Positions 18,680 to 27,853 of a DNA stretch of 64,000 bases are shown piece by piece. The DNA comes from an uncultured delta proteobacterium (lineage in GTDB: Bacteria > Desulfobacterota > Syntrophia > Syntrophales > UBA8958). The notes below the pieces were generated by a model. It did not search any database. It was not told the DNA's origin and worked only from the letters and a program-made list of their open reading frames with translations. The number at the start of each line of letters is the position of its first letter. Within the stretch, counting starts at the first letter, position 1. The stretch covers positions 28,960 to 92,959 of the forward strand of contig CAISJV010000029.1 in NCBI GenBank assembly GCA_903885795.1, in the 5' to 3' direction. The translations under genes were made by a program, and so were the position numbers.

Positions 18680-21073
18680 TTACTTCAGATCCTTCAAACT
18701 GAAGCCGCCGGTTATTGCCGTTCGGAACTCTGCTGCGACTTTCATCTCCCATGTCCTTTCTTCACCGGCAATTTCATAAACCCACTCAACGATCAACTCC
18801 TCATGACCGAGGGCCGACTTGTTGAAGTAACAATCCAATTGAACAGTCGAGGCTTTCTCTTTCACCAAGACTGGTAGCATCTGTCCTTTGATTTCCGTAT
18901 CTGGTTTCAGGACAGTAACGCGAAGAATTCGGATATCTTCCGAATTGGGGTTCATCATCTCTATCCGCAAGGAAGAGATTCTCTGGATGTGGAAAACAGA
19001 CCTACCCGTCGCAGCATCAATTCTCAGGTCAGGAAAGCGTACACCGGGTATTTTCCATGCAGCCTTCACGGCTTTGAAGAAAGCCGTCGGAACGATCACC
19101 TCTTCCGGTGTGGCACCCCCATGTGTATATCCTTTCCCAGCCTTGCCAGTGTGAACGGTATGATGGCCCTTGGGAATAAAGAACACATTTTCACTGTCCG
19201 TAAATGGGGGAGTAAAGCGGTATCCCAAATCCCAGAGATTTTCCGGCACCGTATCGGCAATGCCTTTTTCGATTACGGCAAAACGTCGTTTTTCATCGGA
19301 AAATAATTTGTTTTGCGTCTTTGACTCAAAAGTTCGCTTTTCACCATCCAGGATGAAACAAGCGCCGTGGTCGGTCAGAATGTATAGCCCAAAAACTTCT
19401 CTCTGCCCCGGCCAGCGTTCCAGGAGAGTTGATACCATAGCACTGACTCGTGTAAACAGCCGGTACAATTCTCCCTCATGGGTATCACCTTTCATTTCCG
19501 GATCATCATGCAGAATCTCATCGCTGGCAACTAAATTGAGCAACACAACGGCAGGCTCTGTGGACGCTGAGAAATTAGCCAGCTTTTTCAGGTCTGATAA
19601 ATAAGTAACAGTCTTACCGTCCCAGTCGTTCTTTGCTCGCTCTTGGAGGAGCGCCTCATATGTTTTTGTTGGAGGATTCCAGTCTCCACTGAAAAGAACT
19701 GGTTTTACATATTCCGTATCCGTCGGCAGGGGCGCAAAACGATACTCAAGGACATGGCGATGAAAACCAGCTTTCCGCAGGATGTCTTCAAACATCGACC
19801 AGAAGGTTACCGGAAATCCATCGGCCAGAATAATCAGTGAAAGCGTTTCCGTTCGGATTGAATCCTGAAAAGAATGCAGCGCATGAACCAAACTGATTTC
19901 GGCATTCTTATGAATAATAGCATAATCCCGTAGATACCACTCGGTAAATAGGCGAACGACTTCTTCAAGCTCTTCATCATGGTGGCCACTTTTTGTCTGC
20001 CAATACCGGTAAGGTATGTAAGAATCCACCGCCCAGGATACCCACGCCGATGGATTGTCAAGAAACTCCATGTCCTTAAGAGCCGGCCTCTCAGGCGCCA
20101 CCAGGTAATCCAGGGTTCTTAACTCAGCCGTATCCAGTCCCACACATTGACGGAATTTTTCCTTAACGGCGATAATATCTTCAGCGGCAGGGGTAAACTG
20201 GTCGGCTGTCAGAAGACTCTTGATAAGCCTGAATTCCAGAATTAACCGACCTGATGTCATCTGTGAGACTTTCTGGAAGACATCGCTGTTATCAACATCC
20301 GGAGCGATGTCCTTAAAGAACAATTCGATGTGCGTCGTCGCTTCCTCGACAGCGACAAGTTCCAGGGGGAGTTCCTTCAATAAAGTCAGAGGAATGCTCC
20401 TTAACATGTTCGCCCGTGGTAATGGCAAAAGATATTCGAGAAGCTTACCTGGATACAAACCAAGAATTGCATATAGGCTCATATCCCGCCACAGATCTTC
20501 CGCACGGCTGATAAGAAGGGGGATCAAGGCCTTTCCCCAATTTTGCTCGGTTTGCCGCAGCCATATTTGTCCCTGCTCACGAAGGCAACGGTCAAGAATT
20601 GGATAGTGATCAAATAACACCTTTACTTTGTCGCGGTATAGAACAGCCAATATTTCGGCTATATGCTTCCGATCCAATCGTTCCCCGCGAAATGTCGGAC
20701 CCAGAAAATGCCCCAGTAATGCTTCCTCAAATCGGCAAGGGTGTTCATTCTTCACATCCAGATCAAGAAGTTTCTGGGAGACGATATCTTCATCCGACAG
20801 CCACTTGGGGAGGATCACATTCCATGATTCGGCAATAATGAGGCGCGCAGTTTTCTCCACGAAGTCACAAGTCAATTGGATCTGCTCGCAAAATTGCTGC
20901 AACCAGGTAAAGAGGTAGCGCTTCCGTACCCAGATGTTCAGAGAACTTTTATCGGCGGCAATCGTCGTGAGGAAATGGCAGGCCTTCACATAATCGGCGT
21001 CTTTCTCAACCAGAAAAACGCCTTCAGGTAAAGCATAGCCATAATCACCAATGTAGCTGATCTCAAGTTTCAT
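18680..21073 (-). CDS. pglZ: PglZ-domain alkaline-phosphatase-superfamily protein
   Basis: ILADG, APLPTDT, LTDHG, YTHGGATPEEVIVP; overlaps the ATPase stop codon. Confidence 0.88.
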   Translation of the reverse strand: MKLEISYIGDYGYALPEGVFLVEKDADYVKACHFLTTIAADKSSLNIWVRKRYLFTWLQQFCEQIQLTCDFVEKTARLIIAESWNVILPKWLSDEDIVSQKLLDLDVKNEHPCRFEEALLGHFLGPTFRGERLDRKHIAEILAVLYRDKVKVLFDHYPILDRCLREQGQIWLRQTEQNWGKALIPLLISRAEDLWRDMSLYAILGLYPGKLLEYLLPLPRANMLRSIPLTLLKELPLELVAVEEATTHIELFFKDIAPDVDNSDVFQKVSQMTSGRLILEFRLIKSLLTADQFTPAAEDIIAVKEKFRQCVGLDTAELRTLDYLVAPERPALKDMEFLDNPSAWVSWAVDSYIPYRYWQTKSGHHDEELEEVVRLFTEWYLRDYAIIHKNAEISLVHALHSFQDSIRTETLSLIILADGFPVTFWSMFEDILRKAGFHRHVLEYRFAPLPTDTEYVKPVLFSGDWNPPTKTYEALLQERAKNDWDGKTVTYLSDLKKLANFSASTEPAVVLLNLVASDEILHDDPEMKGDTHEGELYRLFTRVSAMVSTLLERWPGQREVFGLYILTDHGACFILDGEKRTFESKTQNKLFSDEKRRFAVIEKGIADTVPENLWDLGYRFTPPFTDSENVFFIPKGHHTVHTGKAGKGYTHGGATPEEVIVPTAFFKAVKAAWKIPGVRFPDLRIDAATGRSVFHIQRISSLRIEMMNPNSEDIRILRVTVLKPDTEIKGQMLPVLVKEKASTVQLDCYFNKSALGHEELIVEWVYEIAGEERTWEMKVAAEFRTAITGGFSLKDLK

Positions 21074-24000
21074 GAATCACTCTTTCCAACCAGAAGCTCA
21101 TGAATAGCCTCACCGAGTTTTTCCCCTACTTCTTTCGTCACCAGGCCGCGTGTGACCCCTTGTTTAACAATCGACTTTAAAACGGTTGTAAATCCCTGAA
21201 GATTATCCGGAAATTTGAATGAGGCCTTCTTGCTTCCGAACAAATCCTGATCCACGGCAACTTCATACTTTTTCGCCTTGTTGACGACCTCCACGGTCAC
21301 TATATCGCTGGCATTGCCGTGCTCATCGAGAGCCCGCATCTTTACAATGACATTGGCCTTATCTTTGACGAGTTCAGCAAGGTCCATCCTTTCACTGATT
21401 CGTATAGCGCCTTCAGATTTCTTCGGGTCTTCACTTGAGGTTGTATAAATGATTTCTTTCGCACCCTTGGGAATAGCAATAACCAGACTTTCCCCTGCCT
21501 CTATTTCATAAGTTTTTGCTTTTATTTCAGGAACAGGAACCTCCGGTTTGGCCTCATCGATCACCGCCTTGGCCTGTTTGATTTTTGCTGCGTAATCCTC
21601 CGTCTGGACGGATGTCCAGTCCGGCACGGGATTGAACTTATAGGCCTTCGGTAGTTTTTTAAAAAGCAGCGTTTTCTTGTCGTCTGATTCAGCTAATTGC
21701 GACAGGAACTCAAAGGCGTCACTCTCATCATATTTTGATGGATTTCGTTGATTGGGATTCAATCCTTTATACCATTCATCAATGGCCGCCTCGCATTCCA
21801 CCTGATCGCCCTTTGCACCGAAGATGGCACAAACCGCCTGGGCAACAGATTTCTGAAGATTCGATAGCCCTGCTTCCAGGCGTTTTACATCAGCAGCGAA
21901 AGCTACGCCGATTTCCTGGGCTTCTTTCTGTAGCATGTCTTTCCCAACGGGATCACTGTTGTAAAGGGCGGGCAATCGGGAAAGGATCAAGTCGAACCGA
22001 TCGATTTGATCCACTTGATCGAGCAATTCCTTGAGCTTCTTCAATCGAGGTTGATCTTCCTTGTCATAGAGATCCATGATCGTAGCTGCCGCGGGAAGCC
22101 CTTGCCACCAGGCCTTCAGCAGTACCGACGCCTCTTCGACAGAGCGAATCTCGCCATGTTTAAGCGGCGGCGCATGGGCAGCCTTTGCAATGGCCTCTAC
22201 AAGGAGGCGTTGTGCATCAGTTATCTGGAATACTTCTACCACAACCTTCGTGGCCGGATCAGCTACGATCCGAACGACATCGTCATAGGAATCTATACGA
22301 ATCTCCGCTGTCTTTGTCGTATCTGCGTAGAAACGTAAACGCTCCCCAAAGGCGCGCACGACATGAGACAGGGCAAGAATCTGAGCTGTTGCACCTGTCC
22401 CGTAAGGCGCACTCCTGGCGTCAATGAGGAATTGCCCCAAAGACAGCGCCTTCCCGGGGGACAGATTTCCGAATTCCTGACACAAGGATTTGAGAATTGG
22501 ATAATGATCGGAAATTTTATCCGGATTGTCTTCGCATGCGAAGTAGGTCAGCATTCCTTCTGTCCCGGTTTTTCTCAGTGCTCCCGCCCCCTTTAGCAGC
22601 ACCTTCTCCAGGTATCGCTTTTCGCCGTGGTTATCCGGATTGCCGTTGTCGATTATTACCCTTTCGGCCTCAAGTAATACCTTTACTGCCTGCTTGAGGG
22701 CAGTATTCTTGCCGGTCCGCCACTTATCGTCATGGCAGGCATTCAGATCGGGATGAGTGATCCGGCATCGTTTCTTGTACAGGTTTTCGCAAAGCTGATC
22801 CGCCGGACGGTGAGCCTGAGAAGGCTTGTCCACGATTACCTTGTCGTCTTTCCCATACCAGCAAGCCTCTTCACCGCTCGTGATTTTACGCAGGATTCGC
22901 TGCAACTGGATGCGATAACCGTCATCGGCGTTTTCAAAGATGTCGCGCAATCTGGATTCAGTTTGGGCGCTGATCTTCATGGCATCGTTTGGCGGCAAGT
23001 AATATCGGCAGGCCTTCACCTTTAGCAGGACGTCCCTGAATGGCTGTGATTCATGGGGAACAGCAACAGCCATATTCTCATACGGGATTCCTTTAACGGC
23101 ATTTTTCGCCAACTGGATATCCGTCTCATTCTCGCAAAGCGCGTAAATAATAGTCCCTTCACTGCCTTGCTTTTCTTTGAACAAACTCTGTTCCCATTCC
23201 TGCTGCATGTCCTTCCACAATTTCTCGCCAAGGTCTTTTGCCCGCACAAACCGTCGGGCAAATCGTTTATCTTCGTTGAAGGCCAGGTTATATTGACTCG
23301 CCTTTAGAAACTCCAGTTCATTAGGATCACCGGCCTCCGCCAGCAGGGCATCGAGTGGGTCTTTCGGGTGCAGCGATTCATCAGTCAGGAAACGGTCAAT
23401 AAGGTCGTATGGGTCTTCGCCGGAACCGGCCGCCAGTTCATAGGTTTTTGACTGCTGACGAAAAAAGATAGCCCCGGATTTGACAAGGGCCTTCAAATGA
23501 CCCTCCACCTTCTTTCTCTCCGGCCCCGCGAGGCAATAGAGACCAAACTGGAGATTTTCAAGCGTTGTGGGAACAACCTGCGAAAGTTCATAGATGAGCA
23601 TGGCGCGCAGAACTGACAGACGTTCCTCCATAACTTCGCCGAACATGTCGCCGCTGTCGGGTATCTTTCGCAGGGCCTCGATACTTGCGTAGTAGCCATT
23701 AACAAGCTGCCGCTGCTTTTCGCGCAACTCCACATTCTTGAGAGATAGCTCTTTCTGGAAGAACTCGAAGAGACGATCAACCGTGTAGAGATTGAGCTTC
23801 CCACCGCCTACGGTAACGTCCGCGTTTTTGATGAAATCGGCGTATGATCCCGCCGCGCCACCCACATCACCCGAGAAAAATGTGAAGGCGCTCCGGGCGT
23901 CCGATCCGATCTCGGAAGAGAGTTTCAAAAGACAGGCCAGGGCGATGGGGTGCATACCGTAGATGTCTTCCAGGACTTTCTCCCGGATTCTCTTCATATC

Positions 24001-25131
24001 ATCAAGCCAGGGGAATAGTTTCAAGGAGGTGCATACCGGCAGGAGTGAGTCAAAAAGGGTCGTTTTCGGCTGAATCTCCTGCTTCCATGTATCGGAATCT
24101 TTTTCCACTTCCACAATGGCGCCGATGATCTCTTCAATCCCTTCGTTCAAGAGATCCACGGGGGTAATCCGGGCGCTCATAACGGCGGCATCATCTTTGC
24201 TGTATCGGTCTGCATAAGCCTTGAAGTCTTTGTGGATACAACCTACAAAAATGACATTGGGTTCGTTCTTGCACAGTGTTTCCATGAATCCCTGGAGAAC
24301 GTCCTTTGCATAAGCTGCCTTTTCCAAAGTAAAGCCAAACTCATCAAAAAGGACAGCAAGACCTTTGAATCGCTCTTTGAATTGTGGCTGCCGGATTAGA
24401 TTCTTGATGATGGGGATGATGTTACCCGACTGGGTCTGAAAAGGCACTCCCCCCATGATTTCCTGGAAGGACCTGTGAAAGAGATTCAGTGCTTCCGTAT
24501 TGAATTCCTTCAACCGCGACTGCAATTGTTTGCCCGATACTCCAGGGGCCACCCTTGCCAGGGCTTTTTCAAAATCCTCATAGAAATTACGGAACTCTTC
24601 TGCACCCTTCTTTTCCCATTCCTTGATGATCCGCCCGGCCTCGTCAAATTCGGTCTGCACGGCCACATCAAGCCCCACGGTATGGCAGGCATCAAAGATG
24701 GCCTTAAGAACTACCTCTTCAAAGCGACGTCCCGAATAATAATCGCAGATCGCCACCAGATATTGACCGTCTTTCCGGATATTCTTCAGCGTTTTTGCGG
24801 TTTCGGAGTCAAGTTTGTCATAGTTTGCATAAAATCCTTTGATTCCCGGGTCGCCGCTGGATCGGCTGAGAAAATTGGCGAACATGAGACAAAGGTGGGA
24901 TTTGCCCGTACCGTAAGAACCGCTCAGAAGATAAAACTTTCGATCCGTCGGCTGATAGATTCCTCGGCATAGCCTTTCAAACGCTATCCGGTGCGACTTC
25001 GTAGGCCGGTACATGGCCATACGATCGTCATTTTCCTGCACCTCTTCGTAGGCGCTCTTCAGATTCACAAAGTTGGCATACCCGGTCTTGAGTTTTACGA
25101 CATCCGAAATCTTCCCCATTTTATCCCTCAT
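21070..25131 (-). CDS. brxC: BrxC/SspC-like P-loop ATPase
   Basis: GSYGTGKSH Walker A, LFDEFG Walker B, YGMHP; 1353 aa; directly upstream of pglZ. Confidence 0.8.
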   Translation of the reverse strand: MRDKMGKISDVVKLKTGYANFVNLKSAYEEVQENDDRMAMYRPTKSHRIAFERLCRGIYQPTDRKFYLLSGSYGTGKSHLCLMFANFLSRSSGDPGIKGFYANYDKLDSETAKTLKNIRKDGQYLVAICDYYSGRRFEEVVLKAIFDACHTVGLDVAVQTEFDEAGRIIKEWEKKGAEEFRNFYEDFEKALARVAPGVSGKQLQSRLKEFNTEALNLFHRSFQEIMGGVPFQTQSGNIIPIIKNLIRQPQFKERFKGLAVLFDEFGFTLEKAAYAKDVLQGFMETLCKNEPNVIFVGCIHKDFKAYADRYSKDDAAVMSARITPVDLLNEGIEEIIGAIVEVEKDSDTWKQEIQPKTTLFDSLLPVCTSLKLFPWLDDMKRIREKVLEDIYGMHPIALACLLKLSSEIGSDARSAFTFFSGDVGGAAGSYADFIKNADVTVGGGKLNLYTVDRLFEFFQKELSLKNVELREKQRQLVNGYYASIEALRKIPDSGDMFGEVMEERLSVLRAMLIYELSQVVPTTLENLQFGLYCLAGPERKKVEGHLKALVKSGAIFFRQQSKTYELAAGSGEDPYDLIDRFLTDESLHPKDPLDALLAEAGDPNELEFLKASQYNLAFNEDKRFARRFVRAKDLGEKLWKDMQQEWEQSLFKEKQGSEGTIIYALCENETDIQLAKNAVKGIPYENMAVAVPHESQPFRDVLLKVKACRYYLPPNDAMKISAQTESRLRDIFENADDGYRIQLQRILRKITSGEEACWYGKDDKVIVDKPSQAHRPADQLCENLYKKRCRITHPDLNACHDDKWRTGKNTALKQAVKVLLEAERVIIDNGNPDNHGEKRYLEKVLLKGAGALRKTGTEGMLTYFACEDNPDKISDHYPILKSLCQEFGNLSPGKALSLGQFLIDARSAPYGTGATAQILALSHVVRAFGERLRFYADTTKTAEIRIDSYDDVVRIVADPATKVVVEVFQITDAQRLLVEAIAKAAHAPPLKHGEIRSVEEASVLLKAWWQGLPAAATIMDLYDKEDQPRLKKLKELLDQVDQIDRFDLILSRLPALYNSDPVGKDMLQKEAQEIGVAFAADVKRLEAGLSNLQKSVAQAVCAIFGAKGDQVECEAAIDEWYKGLNPNQRNPSKYDESDAFEFLSQLAESDDKKTLLFKKLPKAYKFNPVPDWTSVQTEDYAAKIKQAKAVIDEAKPEVPVPEIKAKTYEIEAGESLVIAIPKGAKEIIYTTSSEDPKKSEGAIRISERMDLAELVKDKANVIVKMRALDEHGNASDIVTVEVVNKAKKYEVAVDQDLFGSKKASFKFPDNLQGFTTVLKSIVKQGVTRGLVTKEVGEKLGEAIHELLVGKSDS

Positions 25132-25293
25132 AATGTGGCGTCATTAGTGATCATCCCATCTCTGGCGGCGCAACTTTCACAAGACAATGCAATTTAATAT
25201 CGAGCACTTACAAAATTACATTACTCCGTACTTGCGCCAATATTGCGCCGAACATACGCTAATCGGCAACGGATATCTGAATAGCATGTCTGT

Positions 25294-25680
25294 TCACATA
25301 ACCTTTTTTTCAATTTCATCCAGAAATGATAATAACTCCGGCGTTTCCAATAGAGCCTCCACGACTTTTTCCCCTTTATGAACATGATGTGGCGCGTTGG
25401 GCATATCCGGGTAATGAGGAGCGTTATCCATGCGAATACGAAGACATCCATCTTTGTCCTGCCAGTGGAAGCTATACTTTTCCAAAACCAATTGCCGGTT
25501 CGATTCGACCATGTAGATGAATAATTCAAAAGAATCACCATTCAAGAGAACGGACTTGACCCGCATCTTGCCATCAACCACGGATATGTCCCGCCGGACG
25601 AGCTGGTAAGATGCAACCGCCGGACTTTCTATCAAACGAACCTCTATCGCATCAAAATACTGTCTTATTTTTTCATTCAC
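25294..25680 (-). CDS. DUF6516/TumE-like toxin-antitoxin-associated protein
   Basis: KYSFHWQ..RMDNAPHYP..PHHVH motif. Confidence 0.75.
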   Translation of the reverse strand: MNEKIRQYFDAIEVRLIESPAVASYQLVRRDISVVDGKMRVKSVLLNGDSFELFIYMVESNRQLVLEKYSFHWQDKDGCLRIRMDNAPHYPDMPNAPHHVHKGEKVVEALLETPELLSFLDEIEKKVM

Positions 25681-25684
25681 GGGA

Positions 25685-25996
25685 TCAACCCTTATTGATC
25701 ATGGAAAGATGGCGTTGAATTTTCTCACGCATATCAATAGTCGCCGCCCATTCAATGAAATCCATGTCATCGCCGATAGATCCCTTATCATAGCGGCTCC
25801 GGAACTCCTCCGAATTCATCTTGTATTTCGCTTCGAAAGCGGCGATCTGGTCGTTTATTCGCAGATGCATATCTCCCATACGCGTGGCTTCCCGCTTCAA
25901 TAATTTATCAATGGCCATTTCCATGACCGAATCGATCATCGATGGATCAACGGAAACATATCTCTCCAAAATCTTAATTTTTTCCAAGACTGTCAT
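25685..25996 (-). CDS. Putative antitoxin partner of the DUF6516 protein
   Basis: FEAKYKMNSEEF..GDDMDFIEW motif; AAGGAG RBS; two-gene arrangement. Confidence 0.65.
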   Translation of the reverse strand: MTVLEKIKILERYVSVDPSMIDSVMEMAIDKLLKREATRMGDMHLRINDQIAAFEAKYKMNSEEFRSRYDKGSIGDDMDFIEWAATIDMREKIQRHLSMINKG

Positions 25997-26167
25997 TTTC
26001 AATTCTCCTTTCTGTTGATACTTCATCCATCACGGTAAAAGGATTTTTTCTTTGATGGCTGCCATATCCTTTATCTGCTATATTACTTTTGCAGAAAGTA
26101 ACGAAAATCGATACTTTCTGCAAAAGATAACTATTACGAACGCTTGTTTTCTTGATCCTCGATCATC

Positions 26168-26905
26168 CTATTCTTTCTGGATCTTACCCGCTCTTGAATC
26201 TACTATACGCAGCAAATGGCTGGCAAGAATGATCATTTCAACCGCTTCCGTCGGGTCTGTAATTGAAACATTTCTGTGGCTTTGCGGATTTTTGTATGAG
26301 CCTATGGCCCCTGCAAATAAGTGCTGCAGAGCCTGCCTCTCACCCTCAGGTAGATTCTTGTCAGTTAACGGTCCGTTATCGACATCAAAAGCCCTCCGCA
26401 TCAATTTTTCACCAATATCGGCAGGTGTAAACTTGCCCGCTTCACGGACCGCAACCTCCACCTCTTTGAAGGACTGAAAAACAGCCGTATCATACTCCCC
26501 GCGTATAAAGGCGGACCACACCTTCTGCGCAATAATCGGATGCAACAGATGTCTTGGCAGAAGATCGCTGTGCCGATAGGAATCCAAACCTGACCAGTCC
26601 TTTATTTGACGTCCCCGCCTGGTAACAAATACCCATTCTCCTCTTTCACCGGGCTTCGGAGCAATCAGTCCTTCCCTTTCAAGCCATACCCAGGCTTCCA
26701 TGAGCGCCCTGCTGATGGCATCTTGAGAGCCTCGTGGATACTCTTGAACAGTGTTTGGCAAACCGAAATTGTGTCGGTTAAGCCCCCCCTCTTCCCTTTC
26801 GTTGATGGAATTCAAGTACTCAAGAACAACCCCTGCCAGCTCTTCAGGCTCAAGAGCCAACAATGTTTCATGATCTGGAATTATATCATAGATTTTTTTA
26901 CTCAT
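26168..26905 (-). CDS. TIGR02391 (Ymh-like) family protein
   Basis: AVFQSFKEVEVAVR, GEKLMRRAF, LFAGAIGSYKNPQSH, EAVEMIILASHLL. Confidence 0.85.
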   Translation of the reverse strand: MSKKIYDIIPDHETLLALEPEELAGVVLEYLNSINEREEGGLNRHNFGLPNTVQEYPRGSQDAISRALMEAWVWLEREGLIAPKPGERGEWVFVTRRGRQIKDWSGLDSYRHSDLLPRHLLHPIIAQKVWSAFIRGEYDTAVFQSFKEVEVAVREAGKFTPADIGEKLMRRAFDVDNGPLTDKNLPEGERQALQHLFAGAIGSYKNPQSHRNVSITDPTEAVEMIILASHLLRIVDSRAGKIQKE

Positions 26906-26913
26906 GATCCCTA

Positions 26914-27288
26914 TTAACCACTCATTGTAGCTTTCAAGTAAGTAGAGGCCAAATCGGCGGCTACCGACTTGACGAGGTCGAATGTCATGGAGATCCCTTT
27001 AGAAATAAAGGAACTCTTGGTTTTTTGCCAAATTGTGTCATTTCGTATGCCATCAAGGAACTCATGGCCATTCCAAGTTAAGCGTAAAGCCCTAAAATCG
27101 TGAGGTCTTCTGCCGAGAGTCTTCGCCATTTTGCCGCTGACAAGCCCCGCCTCCATAAGTAGATCCATATGGTATGATATTTCTTGACCTCTTTCTGATG
27201 GAAAACTGGACAAGCGTAGATAATTACCCGCATCCATTTCTTCAACTATGATCAGTATTTCCCTTATTACGTCCCAGTCACGTTTCAT
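26914..27288 (-). CDS. DUF2513 family protein
   Basis: MKRDWDVIREIL..YHMDLLMEAGLV..LTWNGHEFLDGIR. Confidence 0.85.
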   Translation of the reverse strand: MKRDWDVIREILIIVEEMDAGNYLRLSSFPSERGQEISYHMDLLMEAGLVSGKMAKTLGRRPHDFRALRLTWNGHEFLDGIRNDTIWQKTKSSFISKGISMTFDLVKSVAADLASTYLKATMSG

Positions 27289-27313
27289 GGCATCTCGCAT
27301 ATTAAATAGAAAT

Positions 27314-27802
27314 TTATTCCCATGACTTAAGTATCTTTTTGATTTCTTTATCAATCTCATTGACAGTCAGGAAAAGCTCTTTCTCTATGAAATTAGTACA
27401 ATCTACCTCACCTATAAGATCAGGACTAGTAAGACATATATATCTCTCTTCAAGTATCTCAATTCTTTCAATAATATATTTGTTGTAATATGGCATATTT
27501 CTTAGAATATGATCGCGGTATATCGTTTTCATAATTCGTTTAAAATCGTCTTTTTTATATTCCGCTGCCGGGAATGTCGAGTTTTGAATGTCCTTAACAA
27601 AAACTATCAGATCCTTGAAAGCCTCTATGCGGTCTTTATCATGTATACGAACCCTCTCAAGCTTTATAGGCAGATTTCGCAGAATAATGTCTTTTAATAT
27701 CGCACCTGCTGCACCGATAATCACACCTGCCAAGGCGAATAATCCGTTTATAATAGCAGGATCGAGACCTTTACTTATTTGTCCGGTATCTGGCATGCAC
27801 AT
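27314..27802 (-). CDS. Hypothetical protein with N-terminal TM helix
   Basis: LFALAGVIIGAAG TM segment; AT-rich; co-oriented within the defence operon. Confidence 0.6.
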   Translation of the reverse strand: MCMPDTGQISKGLDPAIINGLFALAGVIIGAAGAILKDIILRNLPIKLERVRIHDKDRIEAFKDLIVFVKDIQNSTFPAAEYKKDDFKRIMKTIYRDHILRNMPYYNKYIIERIEILEERYICLTSPDLIGEVDCTNFIEKELFLTVNEIDKEIKKILKSWE

Positions 27803-27853
27803 TCCTCATTAATTATAAATGCTTCTGGCACTTCGCACCAATTCCTTCAGTGC

